In this document: positions 10,138-21,091 of the stretch, piece after piece
How the letters are laid out: each line of letters opens with the position of its first letter
How positions within the stretch are numbered: the stretch's first letter is position 1
Assembly (NCBI GenBank): GCA_963664325.2
Contig: CAXXDQ010000004.1
Location: 64,001 to 128,000 of the forward strand
Direction: 5' to 3'
Source: Desulfomonilia bacterium
GTDB lineage: Bacteria > Desulfobacterota > Desulfomonilia > UBA1062
DNA: 64,000 nucleotides
Notes under the pieces: generated by a model
The model's input: only the letters and a program-made list of their open reading frames with translations
Databases searched by the model: none
What the model was told of the DNA's origin: nothing
Translations under genes and position numbers: made by a program

Positions 10138-11400
10138 TTATCCCCCCACTAATTCGTCCGGTACTGTTTCGCCGGAAATCAGTTCTTCGTAAGTCTGCCT
10201 CTTCCTTACCACAAAGTATCTGTTCCCATCCACCAGGACTTCAGGGAGATGCGTCCTTGCATTGTAATTCGAACTCATCGCGAAACCGTATGCGCCTGCA
10301 CTCATCACGGCCAGCATATCTCCACGTCCCACTACGGGAAGGTCTCTGTCCTTGGCCAGAAAATCACTCGATTCGCATATCGGACCAACGACATCGGCCA
10401 TCTTTTTTTCAGCATGCTTATCAAGAAGAGGTTGGATTTCATGATAAGAGCCATAAAGAGACGGTCTTACAAGGTCATTCATTCCCGCATCGACAATGAC
10501 AAAGGTTTTTGCAGGTGTCTCTTTCCTATACTGAACCGAGGTGACAAGCACACCGATATTGCCCACGAGAACCCTTCCCGGTTCAAAAACAAGTTCCAGT
10601 CCTAGCGCCCCCACTTCATCGACAACCGCTTTAGCATAATCCGCAGGCTGCGGCGGCTCTTCAGTAGAATAAGTGATCCCGAGGCCCCCTCCAAGATCAA
10701 GGTATTTCAATGTTATGCCGTTTTCCTGAAGTTTGCCTACAAGTATTTTCAGACGGCTGGCTGCATCCTTGAAGGGTGAAATTTCTGTGAGCTGGCTTCC
10801 GATATGGCAGTCGATTCCTGCTATTTCCACAGATGTCATGTTTTTAGCCTTGAGATACTGGGCCATGGAGCCTTCAATATCTATGCCGAACTTGTTTTTT
10901 TTCATACCTGTGGAGATATAGGGATGCGTCTTGGGATCCACATCGGGATTTACGCGAATGGATATGGGGGCTTTCTTGCCCAGCATGCCCGCTCTTTGGT
11001 TGATTACGTCAAGTTCTTCGGGGCTTTCAATGTTGAACATCATTATTCCCGCCTCAAGCGCCATATCAATCTCTGCAACAGTTTTCCCGGCACCGGAATA
11101 AACTATTTTTTCTGCAGGAATACCGGCCTTTATGGCTTTGAACAGCTCTCCGCCTGAGACGATGTCCGCGCCAAGCCCCTGTGAAGCCATAAAACTCAAT
11201 ATGGCCATGTTCGCATTCGATTTCATGGAAAAGCATGTCTTATGCGGTACGTCCTGTAAAGGCTGCTCAAATGCTTTTATATGCCGTTTCAATGTCGGCA
11301 GGCTGTAGCAGTAGAAGGGAGTCCCCACATCGGCGGCTATATCCGAAAGTCTTATATCGCCGCAGTACAGTTCATTTTTTTTGTAAGAATAATCGTGCAT
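10138..11400 (-). CDS. lysA: Diaminopimelate decarboxylase
   Basis: SMKSN, HPYISTG, HIGSQ, EPGR, GPICESSD, AGAYG. Confidence 0.97.
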   Translation of the reverse strand: MHDYSYKKNELYCGDIRLSDIAADVGTPFYCYSLPTLKRHIKAFEQPLQDVPHKTCFSMKSNANMAILSFMASQGLGADIVSGGELFKAIKAGIPAEKIVYSGAGKTVAEIDMALEAGIMMFNIESPEELDVINQRAGMLGKKAPISIRVNPDVDPKTHPYISTGMKKNKFGIDIEGSMAQYLKAKNMTSVEIAGIDCHIGSQLTEISPFKDAASRLKILVGKLQENGITLKYLDLGGGLGITYSTEEPPQPADYAKAVVDEVGALGLELVFEPGRVLVGNIGVLVTSVQYRKETPAKTFVIVDAGMNDLVRPSLYGSYHEIQPLLDKHAEKKMADVVGPICESSDFLAKDRDLPVVGRGDMLAVMSAGAYGFAMSSNYNARTHLPEVLVDGNRYFVVRKRQTYEELISGETVPDELVGG

Positions 11401-11429
11401 CTTTCAAACCTTCCTTTCCAAAAATATAA

Positions 11430-11849
11430 TCATTTGCAATACACCCTGGCAGGGGTCGACCATCTGACATCGCCCTTCTCAAGAAGGATCCTGTAAACCA
11501 TGCAAGGGTCCTCCGGTTTTTCATCCCTCAATATGACGGTACCTTTGGAGGTATGTACTGTATTTTTTTTGATCAGATCATCTTCGCATTGCGGACATAT
11601 CCCCTGTGGTTTGCCAAGAAGTGAAATGTCGGCGTCATCTGTATTAATCCTCGCCTTGATCACAATTGCTGCACCGTCTGTTTTGACTGACTGGATTACT
11701 ACGGGCAAATCCGCAACGGGCGGCAACGGCTGAAGCTTCCGTCCGCAGGCCGGAAGGGCAAAGGCAGAAATGATAAGCAGGCAGGCCAAATGTTTGCTTC
11801 TTAAACCGCCTGTTATTCCGAACGTGCTTTTATTGAAAGTCATATCCAT
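11430..11849 (-). CDS. Small lipoprotein (LptM/LPAM-like N-terminus)
   Basis: Lipobox LPAC followed by GRKLQPLPP; sits between argH and lysA. Confidence 0.65.
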   Translation of the reverse strand: MDMTFNKSTFGITGGLRSKHLACLLIISAFALPACGRKLQPLPPVADLPVVIQSVKTDGAAIVIKARINTDDADISLLGKPQGICPQCEDDLIKKNTVHTSKGTVILRDEKPEDPCMVYRILLEKGDVRWSTPARVYCK

Positions 11850-11871
11850 ACTCTATGTATTACAAATGGAA

Positions 11872-13257
11872 TCAGTTTTTCATTTTTTCAAGGAGCCGCT
11901 TGGCTTTTTTTATCGAATCTCTGACATTTTTTCTTGCAGTACCACCAAAGCTTTTTCTGCGGTCAACCGAAGAAGACGGTTTGACATATTCAAGCACATC
12001 GTTGCCGAACATGTCTGAAAACGATCTGTAGTCTTCCATTCCCATTTCAGCAATTGTCCTTCCGGTACCTATCAGCCATGAGATTATTCGGCCGGTAATG
12101 TTGTGGGCATCCCTGAATGGCATCCCCTTTGAAGCGAGGTAATCTGCAATATCAGTTGCTGTTATGAATCCCTTTTCCAGTGCTGCTTCGGCGACTTCTT
12201 TTTTTACCTCAACACCTTTAATCAGTCCTGTCATGAGGACAATGGATGACATTGTGGTATCTATGGAATCAAAAACAGGCGGCTTGTCCTCCTGCATGTC
12301 TTTGTTGTATGCAAGCGGAAGTCCTTTCATAAGCGTCAGAAGGCTGATCAGGTTTCCATACGTCCTGCCGGTTTTACCTCTGACAAGCTCTGCGACGTCA
12401 GGGTTCTTCTTCTGCGGCATAATGGAACTTCCGGTAGTATAGCTGTCAGGAAGCTCGACAAGTCCATAGGTTTGAGAATTCCATATTATGATCTCTTCTG
12501 CAAGACGGCTCAAGTGCATCATGATCAGACTACAGACATACGCAGCATCCAGGGCAAAATCCCTGTCGCTGACTGCATCCATTGAGTTCCTGGCAGGCCA
12601 GTCAAAACCGAGTTTCGCTGCTGTTTGGAACCTGTCTATCGGGTGCGGTGTCCCTGCAAGGGCTGCCGCTCCAAGTGGTGAGACATTCATGTGCTTGAGC
12701 GAATCATCGATTCGGGCAACATCCCTTGCCGCCATTTCGAAATAAGCCAAGAGATGGTGTCCGAAGCTTATAGGCTGTGCAAACTGCAAATGCGTCATGC
12801 CTGGAATTATTGTATCGGTGAGTTGTGATGCCTTTTCAATAATGGCTGACATGTAATCAGTCAACACAGTACGAATTTCTTTCAGAGACTTTCTCACATG
12901 AAGTCTTAAATCAAGGGCTATCTGGTCATTGCGGCTCCTCGCGGTGTGCAGCTTTTTCCCCGCTTCTCCGACACGCTTTACAAGTTCAGTCTCGATGTTC
13001 ATGTGCACATCTTCCAGCTTGGGGTCAAATGTAAACTTGCCATCTTCGATGTCGAAGGCAATCTCTCTGAGGCCGTTTATGATAATTCCTGCCTCCTCTT
13101 CAGAGATGATACCGCAGGATGCAAGCATCATTGCATGGGCAATCGAGCCTTCGATGTCTTCATGCCAGAGCCTCTTGTCAAAACTCACGCTTTCCGTGAA
13201 TGCCTCGACTAAGGCATCCGTTTCCCCCTTGAATCTGCCTGACCAGGGTTTATCCAT
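11872..13257 (-). CDS. argH: Argininosuccinate lyase
   Basis: [26 protein letters not shown]. Confidence 0.98.
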   Translation of the reverse strand: MDKPWSGRFKGETDALVEAFTESVSFDKRLWHEDIEGSIAHAMMLASCGIISEEEAGIIINGLREIAFDIEDGKFTFDPKLEDVHMNIETELVKRVGEAGKKLHTARSRNDQIALDLRLHVRKSLKEIRTVLTDYMSAIIEKASQLTDTIIPGMTHLQFAQPISFGHHLLAYFEMAARDVARIDDSLKHMNVSPLGAAALAGTPHPIDRFQTAAKLGFDWPARNSMDAVSDRDFALDAAYVCSLIMMHLSRLAEEIIIWNSQTYGLVELPDSYTTGSSIMPQKKNPDVAELVRGKTGRTYGNLISLLTLMKGLPLAYNKDMQEDKPPVFDSIDTTMSSIVLMTGLIKGVEVKKEVAEAALEKGFITATDIADYLASKGMPFRDAHNITGRIISWLIGTGRTIAEMGMEDYRSFSDMFGNDVLEYVKPSSSVDRRKSFGGTARKNVRDSIKKAKRLLEKMKN

Positions 13258-14461
13258 TTTTACTCAGAGCCCTCATCCTGAGCCTTAAGGCATTAAGCCT
13301 GATAAAGCCCTTTGCATCCTTCTGGTCATAGACCATGTCTTCGTCAAAAGTTGCCACCTCCGGGTTATAGAGCGAGTACTTTGAACGACGTCCCGTTACA
13401 ATACAATTGCCCTTGTAGAGTTTGACCCTTACGTCTCCTGTGACATTTTTCTGGCTCTCGTCAATCAGCTTCTGCAGGGCGATCCGTTCCGGGGCAAACC
13501 AGTAGCCGTAATAGACGAGATTCGCATATTTAGGCATGAGTTCATCCCTTAAATGCATGACCTCCCGGTCCATTGTGATCTGTTCGATTCCGCGATGCGC
13601 AATCTTCATTATCGTTCCGCCCGGCGTTTCGTAGCATCCTCGTGATTTCATGCCGACATATCTGTTTTCGACAATATCGACACGGCCGATTCCGTTTTCG
13701 CCGCCAAGTCCGTTCAGTTTAGCGAGCAGCGTTGCAGGTGACATTTTCTTACCGTTAATGGCGACAGGGTCGCCGTCCCTGAAGCTGATGGTTATTTCCG
13801 TGGCGTTATCCGGGGCTTTCTCGGGTGACTTTGACAGTATGTACATGTCATCATTCGGGGCATTCCATGGGTCTTCCAGAATGCCTCCTTCATAACTTAT
13901 ATGCAGCAGATTCCGGTCCATGCTGTAAGGCTTTGCCTTGGTCACCGGCACCGGTATGCCGTGTTTTTTTGCATAGTCTATCATTTTGTCCCGCGAACGA
14001 AGCTTCCATTCATCCATCTTCCATGGGGCTACCACCTTTATATGCGGATCAAGCGCCCAGAATGTTAGCTCGAAACGCACCTGGTCATTGCCCTTGCCGG
14101 TTGCGCCGTGTGCAACTGCTTCCGCCCCTTCCTTATGGGCAATTTCAATGGCCCGCTTTGCAATCAGAGGCCTGGCAAGTGATGTGCCGAGAAGGTACAG
14201 GCCTTCATAAACGACATCGGCCCTGAATGCAGGAAATACATAATCCCTGACAAATTCTTCTCTCAGGTCATCGATATACAGTTTCCTTGCTCCGGTTTTT
14301 TTCGCCTTTGCCTCAAGCCCGTCAAGCTCTTCCGCCTGTCCGAGGTCGGAACAGTAGCAGATGACTTCATAATCGAGTTCGTCCTGAAGCCATTTCAGCA
14401 TAACCGAGGTATCCAGCCCCCCCGAATACAGAAGAACAATTTTTTTCTTTGCTTTTGCCAT
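13250..14461 (-). CDS. argG: Argininosuccinate synthase
   Basis: [31 protein letters not shown]. Confidence 0.98.
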   Translation of the reverse strand: MAKAKKKIVLLYSGGLDTSVMLKWLQDELDYEVICYCSDLGQAEELDGLEAKAKKTGARKLYIDDLREEFVRDYVFPAFRADVVYEGLYLLGTSLARPLIAKRAIEIAHKEGAEAVAHGATGKGNDQVRFELTFWALDPHIKVVAPWKMDEWKLRSRDKMIDYAKKHGIPVPVTKAKPYSMDRNLLHISYEGGILEDPWNAPNDDMYILSKSPEKAPDNATEITISFRDGDPVAINGKKMSPATLLAKLNGLGGENGIGRVDIVENRYVGMKSRGCYETPGGTIMKIAHRGIEQITMDREVMHLRDELMPKYANLVYYGYWFAPERIALQKLIDESQKNVTGDVRVKLYKGNCIVTGRRSKYSLYNPEVATFDEDMVYDQKDAKGFIRLNALRLRMRALSKNG

Positions 14462-14473
14462 GTGTATCTCTCC

Positions 14474-15376
14474 TTATTTATGCACTGCCAGGAAATCCAT
14501 TATGGCCTCCTGAACATATAGTCTGTTTTCCGCCTGATCCCATATAATTGACCGGGGCCCCTCAAACACATCCTCACTGACTTCCTCTTCCCTGTGGGCG
14601 GGCAGGCAGTGCATGAAAACGGCTTCGGGAAGTGCGTGAGCCATAATCTGTGAAGTTACCTTATAGCCATCAAAAGCCTCTGCCCTGTCAAGTGTTTCTT
14701 CCTCCTGACCCATACTGGCCCAGACATCCGTGTTTACCGCTATCGCACCTTTAGCCGCAAGTCCAGGATCGTTTACCAGGCTTACCCTTGCACCTTCTCT
14801 GACAGCCTTGTCCATAATCACGGCATCGGGTTCGTATCCCCTGGGGCAGGCAAGCATAAGTTCAAACCCAAGAAGGGACGCGGCATTGATCCACGAATTG
14901 GCCATGTTGAAACCGTCACCTATCCATGCAACTTTGCGGCCCTCAATACTTCCAAAACGTTCAATTATGGTAAAACAGTCAGTCAGCACCTGGCAGGGAT
15001 GGAGCAGGTCGGTCAGGGCGTTGATTACCGGTACGTCAGCATATCTGGCCATTTCCTCGACATTGGAATGAGCATAAGTCCTCATCACGATCATGTCACT
15101 GTATCGGCAAAGCACCCTGGCAGTATCTTTCAAAGGTTCTCCTCTGGCCATCTGAGATCCCCCGGATGTCAGGACTACCGGGTGACCGCCCAGTCTGGAC
15201 ACGCCGACTTCAAAAGATATCCTTGTCCGTGTAGAAGCCTTTTCAAATACAAGTACCACAGCCTTATTCTTGAGACTCTGGCTTAATTCTCCCTTTTTAA
15301 ATGCTGCGGCCTTATTGAACAGCCTTTGGATTTCTTCTTTTGTCAAATCCCTTATTGAAAGAAGGTCCCTTTTCAT
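14474..15376 (-). CDS. argF: Ornithine carbamoyltransferase
   Basis: STRTR, HPCQ, DVWASMG, HCLPAHR. Confidence 0.97.
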   Translation of the reverse strand: MKRDLLSIRDLTKEEIQRLFNKAAAFKKGELSQSLKNKAVVLVFEKASTRTRISFEVGVSRLGGHPVVLTSGGSQMARGEPLKDTARVLCRYSDMIVMRTYAHSNVEEMARYADVPVINALTDLLHPCQVLTDCFTIIERFGSIEGRKVAWIGDGFNMANSWINAASLLGFELMLACPRGYEPDAVIMDKAVREGARVSLVNDPGLAAKGAIAVNTDVWASMGQEEETLDRAEAFDGYKVTSQIMAHALPEAVFMHCLPAHREEEVSEDVFEGPRSIIWDQAENRLYVQEAIMDFLAVHK

Positions 15377-16536
15377 AATCCTTTTTCCTTCAATATCTCA
15401 TCGATTAAAGAAACCGCCATGTCAATCTCGGATTCTGTTATCACTATCGGAGGTACAAGCCTTATTATCCTGTCGTTTATTACATTCAGAAGTATTCCCT
15501 TATCAAGCCCCGCCTGCGTTAAAAAACCAATATCCGAACCGAATTCAGCGCCGATCATAAGGCCTTTCCCCCGGATTTCAACCAATGCGGGATGCGCTTT
15601 CTGTAATTCTGCAAGCCTGCCGTTAAGGCAGGCTCCCATCTTCATGCTGCGTGACGGCATATCCTCATTTACCATCACCTCCAAGGTTGCAAGCCCGGCA
15701 GCCATTGCAAGGGGGTTACCGCCAAAAGTCGATGCATGCGTTCCGGGAACAAACACCTCAGCAATTTGGGGTCTGGCTATAATAGCCCCGGCAGGGAATC
15801 CGTTGGCAAAGGCCTTTGCCATGGTCATAATATCCGGTGTTATATCCTCGTGCATGTAGGCAAACAGCTTTCCTGTCCTTGAAAAACCGGTCTGCACTTC
15901 GTCCAGGGACAGAACGATGCCGTTTTCATCGCATAGTTCCCTGAGCGCCTTCAGATAGCCCGCAGGCGGTACCTGTATTCCGCTTTCCCCTTGTATCGGC
16001 TCAACCATTATACCGCCTATGGAATCGTCAAGGACTGCCTTGACTGCCTCAATGCTGCCGTATTCAACATGGACGAAGCCTTCTGTAACAGGATCAAATC
16101 CGTTCTTGAACTTGACCTGGCCTGTTGCTGCAACAGTTGTTATGGTCCTGCCGTGAAAGGAACCCGAGCATGTGATGATTCTCGGTCCACGCTTGCTCTT
16201 ATCCCGTGAATAACGCCTTATGAGCTTTATTGCGCCTTCGTTTGCCTCTGCCCCGGAATTACAGAAAAATACTTTTCCCTTAAATGTGTTTTTTGAAAGC
16301 ATCTCCGCAAGCCTCTCCTGTACCGGTATGCGGTACAGGTTGGAACAGTGGAACAGGGTTTCGGCTTGAAACTGAAGTGCCCTGACAACTGCCGGGTGGC
16401 AGTGACCCAGGTTGCAGACCGCAATGCCTGCGACCATATCCAGGTATTCTTTGCCGGTATCATCCGTGACCCGGCAGCCATTTCCTTTAACTAGACTTAC
16501 CGGCAGCCTTGCCGGTGTACTCATCAGATATTCCAC
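15373..16536 (-). CDS. argD: Acetylornithine aminotransferase
   Basis: NSGAEANEGA, SFHGRT, DEVQTG, STFGGNP; within the arg operon. Confidence 0.95.
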   Translation of the reverse strand: MEYLMSTPARLPVSLVKGNGCRVTDDTGKEYLDMVAGIAVCNLGHCHPAVVRALQFQAETLFHCSNLYRIPVQERLAEMLSKNTFKGKVFFCNSGAEANEGAIKLIRRYSRDKSKRGPRIITCSGSFHGRTITTVAATGQVKFKNGFDPVTEGFVHVEYGSIEAVKAVLDDSIGGIMVEPIQGESGIQVPPAGYLKALRELCDENGIVLSLDEVQTGFSRTGKLFAYMHEDITPDIMTMAKAFANGFPAGAIIARPQIAEVFVPGTHASTFGGNPLAMAAGLATLEVMVNEDMPSRSMKMGACLNGRLAELQKAHPALVEIRGKGLMIGAEFGSDIGFLTQAGLDKGILLNVINDRIIRLVPPIVITESEIDMAVSLIDEILKEKGL

Positions 16537-16541
16537 TCGTT

Positions 16542-17414
16542 TTATCCTTTCATTATCTGTGTGCCAATCCCGCTGTCGGTAAGGATTTCAAGCAGTATGG
16601 AATACGGCACACGACCGTCAATGATATGCGCCTTCTTGACACCAGAGCTGACAGCATCTCTGCAGCATTCTATCTTAGGTATCATGCCGCCTGTAACGAT
16701 GCCATCAAGCACCAGGGCCGGGATCTCGTCATAAGCTATACTGGAAATGAGGTTTCCTCCTTTATCAAGGACACCTGATTCGTCTGTAAGGAGTACGAGC
16801 TTTTCAGCCTTGAGACTTGCGGCAATGGCGGCGGAAGCGGTATCGGCATTTATGTTGTATGTATGTCCTTCCTCATCCACGCCGAGCGGTGCGATTACCG
16901 CAACGAAACCTCCGGCTTCAACCGTATCCACGATATCGGTATCTACGCCTGAGACCTCTCCCACAAGACCGAGATCGATCAGTTTTCCATCAGATCCTTC
17001 CTTCATCAGAAGCTTTTTAGCCTTTATCAGACCTCCATCCTTGCCCGAAATGCCTACGGCTTTGCCTCCTTCGGTGTTAACAAGGCTCACAATCTCTTTA
17101 TTTATCAAGCCAGAAAGTACCATTTCCACGACTTTAAGCGTCTCTCCATCCGTGATACGCTTGCCTTCGACAAACGAAGACTTAACACCCAGTTTCTTTA
17201 AAGCCTCGTTTATCTGCGGACCTCCACCGTGTACAACGGTAACCTGAATTCCCACATACTGCAGGAGAACTATCTGACGTGCAAACATGCGCTTAAGTTC
17301 AGGGTCAGTCATGGCATGCCCGCCGTATTTGATTACAATCCTTCTGCCCCTGAAATCCCTTATATAAGGCAGCGCCTCAATAAGTATCCTTGCCCTTTGA
17401 ATTGCCTGTTCCAT
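16542..17414 (-). CDS. argB: Acetylglutamate kinase
   Basis: IKYGGHAM, VHGGGP, NINAD, GGMIPK. Confidence 0.97.
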   Translation of the reverse strand: MEQAIQRARILIEALPYIRDFRGRRIVIKYGGHAMTDPELKRMFARQIVLLQYVGIQVTVVHGGGPQINEALKKLGVKSSFVEGKRITDGETLKVVEMVLSGLINKEIVSLVNTEGGKAVGISGKDGGLIKAKKLLMKEGSDGKLIDLGLVGEVSGVDTDIVDTVEAGGFVAVIAPLGVDEEGHTYNINADTASAAIAASLKAEKLVLLTDESGVLDKGGNLISSIAYDEIPALVLDGIVTGGMIPKIECCRDAVSSGVKKAHIIDGRVPYSILLEILTDSGIGTQIMKG

Positions 17415-17608
17415 AATATTGTCCTTAATTAAAAATGAATTTTCATATTAACACTCACATTTATAATATTCCAGAGCTTTGAAAAAAAACTTTTGCTGAA
17501 ATTAGCAAACTGCCATTTCTATTGACAATGCCGTATTGAAGAATATCAGGCTTTCATGTTAATGTTCTGTCAGATTCTAATAAAATCAATATTCATTGGA
17601 GGCATTTC

Positions 17609-18181
17609 ATGAAGAAAACCATATGCATATTAATCCTGTTAACTTTTACGGTCCCGGGTATGTCTTATGCCGGAGCTTACATGCTGGGCAATTTCGGATT
17701 CGGAGCCCCGTCAGATACAACAAGCTCAGGAAATTGGAGCGCTGGTGCGGAATTCGGCGGAATCTTCCTGTCAAGCCTTCACCCTACAGGAGGGGCTTTG
17801 AGCGCTGGTGCGGGATTTGCTGTATCTGTTCCAAAAAGCAGCAATAAAGTCCCGAGCTATAATGGAAATTTGCCTGCAAGCATGAGCGGTCTTGTTCCAA
17901 CAAATGACTATTATGACGGTAATGAATATGAAATTAACGCATGCGTCGGTGCTGAGCTTGCACCCTCTTTTTTCCTTAATCTCGGAGCCGGTTATGCATG
18001 GTGGAATGAAGATACCGTATCAGACCCTATTTTAGGTACCAGATATCTCGTTGATTCATCGAGCAAGAATTCAGTCACAGGCATGATTGGTCTTCGTTAT
18101 GCCATACAGGGATTCATGATGGGACTTGGCTACCATACAAGAAGGGGGGTTGTCGTAAGCCTCGGTGTTGCCTTCAACTGA
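17609..18181 (+). CDS. Putative small outer-membrane beta-barrel protein
   Basis: Signal peptide, Gly/aromatic-rich amphipathic strands, C-terminus ..SLGVAFN. Confidence 0.55.
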   Translation: MKKTICILILLTFTVPGMSYAGAYMLGNFGFGAPSDTTSSGNWSAGAEFGGIFLSSLHPTGGALSAGAGFAVSVPKSSNKVPSYNGNLPASMSGLVPTNDYYDGNEYEINACVGAELAPSFFLNLGAGYAWWNEDTVSDPILGTRYLVDSSSKNSVTGMIGLRYAIQGFMMGLGYHTRRGVVVSLGVAFN

Positions 18182-18199
18182 TTAATCAAGGCTCGACAA

Positions 18200-19213
18200 A
18201 TGATAAGAAAACAGGCTTTTGCAACGTTGCTTACACTGGGACTTTTATACATATGCTGCTGGCCTGCACATGCAAAGATGATCACAATGGCCGTCCCGAG
18301 GCTGTCCGTATGGACTGTAGAGAACACTGGCCAGATAAATGCAACGAATGTCAGCAGCTATACCCCCTGGGGCGGAACTACATACTCACAGATCAATATT
18401 CAAAACGGCAGGAGCAGGCTCAAGGAAATTGAACTGCCGAACCTTACCGACGTTTTTATAAGGCATCTGGCAGGCAGCGGTAAATTCACAGTTCTTGAAC
18501 GCGCAAAAGTGGATAAGATTCTCGGTGAAATTGACATGGGTGATACGGGCCTTGCAGATCCCGCATATGCTGTTAAAAAAGGGAAAATGCTTGGAGCCGA
18601 ATACCTTGTCATCGGTACGGTATTTCAGGCTGATCTGGGTTTTGACATGAGGGAAATCCCGTATACCGATCAGCAGCAGATCAGGGACAAGGGGGTTATC
18701 AGGGTCGAACTGAGGATAATTGAAACCGCCACAGGAAAGATCATTAGATCGGTGATAGGAGAGGGAATAGCCGTAAAGACAAGATCCCTGGAAAAAAAGG
18801 TGTACGGCGCCAGGCTTGAAAAGTATGACCCTTTTTTCGACTCGCCGTTCATGCACGACCTTTATGATGCCCTGGCCAATGACCTGACAACAAAAACGGT
18901 AAACGCATTCTTCCCTTTCAGGGTAATCCTTGTAAAGGACAATTTGATAACGGCAAACAGGGGCAGTAATTTCGGGATCAATTCAGGGGATGTCTATAAT
19001 ATCATCAGGACCGGTGAAGCAATTTATGACCCGGATACAGGAAAAACAATCGGGAAACAGGAAGCAGTCGTCGGAAAGGCTACTGTAATCAGTGTACAAC
19101 AGGAGCTATGCACACTTAGTATTACAGGTGTATTAGGTAATATCAGAAAGGGAGATCTTCTGAAACCGGCTGCAGACCCCTATGAAAAACTCAAGGAGAT
19201 GGACAGGTTTTAA
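18200..19213 (+). CDS. CsgG/HfaB-like periplasmic protein with FlgT-C-like domain
   Basis: FTVLERAKVDKILGE, GKMLGAEYLVIGTV, LRIIETATG; C-terminal NRGSNFGINSGD..DPDTG. Confidence 0.75.
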   Translation: MIRKQAFATLLTLGLLYICCWPAHAKMITMAVPRLSVWTVENTGQINATNVSSYTPWGGTTYSQINIQNGRSRLKEIELPNLTDVFIRHLAGSGKFTVLERAKVDKILGEIDMGDTGLADPAYAVKKGKMLGAEYLVIGTVFQADLGFDMREIPYTDQQQIRDKGVIRVELRIIETATGKIIRSVIGEGIAVKTRSLEKKVYGARLEKYDPFFDSPFMHDLYDALANDLTTKTVNAFFPFRVILVKDNLITANRGSNFGINSGDVYNIIRTGEAIYDPDTGKTIGKQEAVVGKATVISVQQELCTLSITGVLGNIRKGDLLKPAADPYEKLKEMDRF

Positions 19214-19216
19214 TCT

Positions 19217-20638
19217 TTGGTCAGGAATATAATGAGAAGATATTTTAATGTAATATTATATTTAATTTTGTTTGCTGCACTGAGCGGTTGTGCGGCTTTC
19301 AGCAACTATACGAAGAATACCGAAAAGGCCAGGGTAAGTATATCCCAGGGGAATTTCCAGCAGGCGCTTAAAGTTTTCCCGGAATCTTCGGCAAAGTCCG
19401 GCAACGAAATCCTGATAAGGATGGAGCGGGGAACCCTGCTGCAGGCAACCGGCGATTATAACAACAGCACCAAGGAATTCGAACTGGCGGCGCGGCTGAT
19501 CGGGGATCAGGAGAATAAGGCGGTAATCTCAGCTTCCAAAACAGCGTCTCAGGCCGCATCGCTTGTAGTAAACGAAAAGGTGATCCCGTATCAGGGCCAG
19601 GATTTCGAAAAGGTTATGGTGCATACGCTGGATGCGCTTAATTACCTCATGATGGGCAACACTGAAGATGCACGCGTAGAGATCAGGAATTCATACCGTA
19701 TCCAGCAGGACCTGTACAACGCTCATTACAAGGATATTGAAAAGGCAAAGAAGGATTCCCAGGGCGTGAATTATGAAGATTCTTTCAATAATTCAAGCAG
19801 CGACAGTTATAACAAAATGAAGCAGACGGCCAGTTCGGTGGTCAGCGTCTACCAGAATGCATTTGCATACTACATAAGCTCTCTGGTCTATGAACTGAAC
19901 GGCGAAGAGGACGAGGCATACATCGACCTGAAAAAGGCCATCCTGTCGGAGCCCACCTGCTCTGCCATACAGAAGGATCTCATTCGTATGAGCAGGGATC
20001 TCGGTTACAGGGATGATCTTGACAAATGGCAAAGCCAGTTCGGCAAAAATGCATCTTTTCCAAAGGATTCCATAGACATATTTGTCGTTTTCGAGCTTGG
20101 ACTGGCACCTTACAGGGAACAATTCAAGCTTGTCCTTCCCATACCGACCGTAGGCCTTGTGTCTGTTGCCGTTCCGGTTTATGCCTATGTACCCAGTCTT
20201 GTTAAAGGCGGATATGTCACAGCAAACGGCAGATCGGATGAAACCAGCATAGTATCCGACACCGATGCGATTGCTTCAAGAAACCTGCTTGACGACTATC
20301 CTATCTTGCTGGCAAAACAAGCGGTAAGAGCGGCGATAAAGGGAACTGCAACAAGGGAAGCCGGCAAGCAGTATGGCGGTTGGGCCCAGCTTGCTGCAGG
20401 TATAGCATTTGCGATTACGGAACAGGCCGACCTCAGGACTTGGTCAACACTTCCCAAGCAGATACACGTGGCAAGACTTTTCGTGCCCAAAGGGACCAGC
20501 GACTTTACAATTACAGCGCTGCCGGGTGTTCCGGGAAAATTTTCTGAAACGGTTCATATCCCTGCCAATGCCAGGCATATCGTAGTACTGGCAAGGGCAT
20601 CGGAAAGCAATATCACAGTCTCTTCGAGGTCATTCTAA
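19217..20638 (+). CDS. COG3014-like TPR lipoprotein
   Basis: Lipobox LSGC, PYQGQDFEK, ARVEIR, EQADLRTWSTLP. Confidence 0.75.
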   Translation: MVRNIMRRYFNVILYLILFAALSGCAAFSNYTKNTEKARVSISQGNFQQALKVFPESSAKSGNEILIRMERGTLLQATGDYNNSTKEFELAARLIGDQENKAVISASKTASQAASLVVNEKVIPYQGQDFEKVMVHTLDALNYLMMGNTEDARVEIRNSYRIQQDLYNAHYKDIEKAKKDSQGVNYEDSFNNSSSDSYNKMKQTASSVVSVYQNAFAYYISSLVYELNGEEDEAYIDLKKAILSEPTCSAIQKDLIRMSRDLGYRDDLDKWQSQFGKNASFPKDSIDIFVVFELGLAPYREQFKLVLPIPTVGLVSVAVPVYAYVPSLVKGGYVTANGRSDETSIVSDTDAIASRNLLDDYPILLAKQAVRAAIKGTATREAGKQYGGWAQLAAGIAFAITEQADLRTWSTLPKQIHVARLFVPKGTSDFTITALPGVPGKFSETVHIPANARHIVVLARASESNITVSSRSF

Positions 20639-20653
20639 CTTAAGGAGGAGCAT

Positions 20654-21052
20654 ATGGTTAAAAGATTTATGATTTTTACAGTTTTTTGCCTGCTTTTTGC
20701 AGGTTGCGGCGGCGTTACAACAAATATCATTGACGCAAGGCTTGATGGAAAGAAGACGGTAATCATCAATGACGGTGCATTAAACCGTCAGATAACATTC
20801 GGCGAGATCAGGATTAATGGAGCGGAAGTTCAGGTGGATCTCCAGAATAAGACCAACAGAGATGTAAATTTCGAGTTCCGTTTCATATGGTATGATCCGA
20901 GCGGGGTTGAGATATCCACAATAACCAACTGGAATCCGGGACTTCTGAGCGGTGGAGAAACGAGGGGTTTCAAATCCACTCAGCCATCTGAAGCAGCAGT
21001 CGGTTACAAGTTGATGATAAGAAGACCACATGCAATCACACCTTTTAATTAG
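20654..21052 (+). CDS. YcfL/DUF1425 family lipoprotein
   Basis: Lipobox FAGC, FEFRFIWYDPSG motif. Confidence 0.78.
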   Translation: MVKRFMIFTVFCLLFAGCGGVTTNIIDARLDGKKTVIINDGALNRQITFGEIRINGAEVQVDLQNKTNRDVNFEFRFIWYDPSGVEISTITNWNPGLLSGGETRGFKSTQPSEAAVGYKLMIRRPHAITPFN

Positions 21053-21091
21053 TTGATTTTCATGTAAAATACTAAAGCAGGAGGTAAAATT

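Noticed and set aside
8452-11400. No dapF or dapL in the lysA-dapA-dapB run
   Set aside because: These genes are often located elsewhere, and their absence cannot be judged from one window.
17430-17475. Possible ARG boxes upstream of argB
   Set aside because: Only half-site matches in AT-rich DNA; not distinguishable from background.
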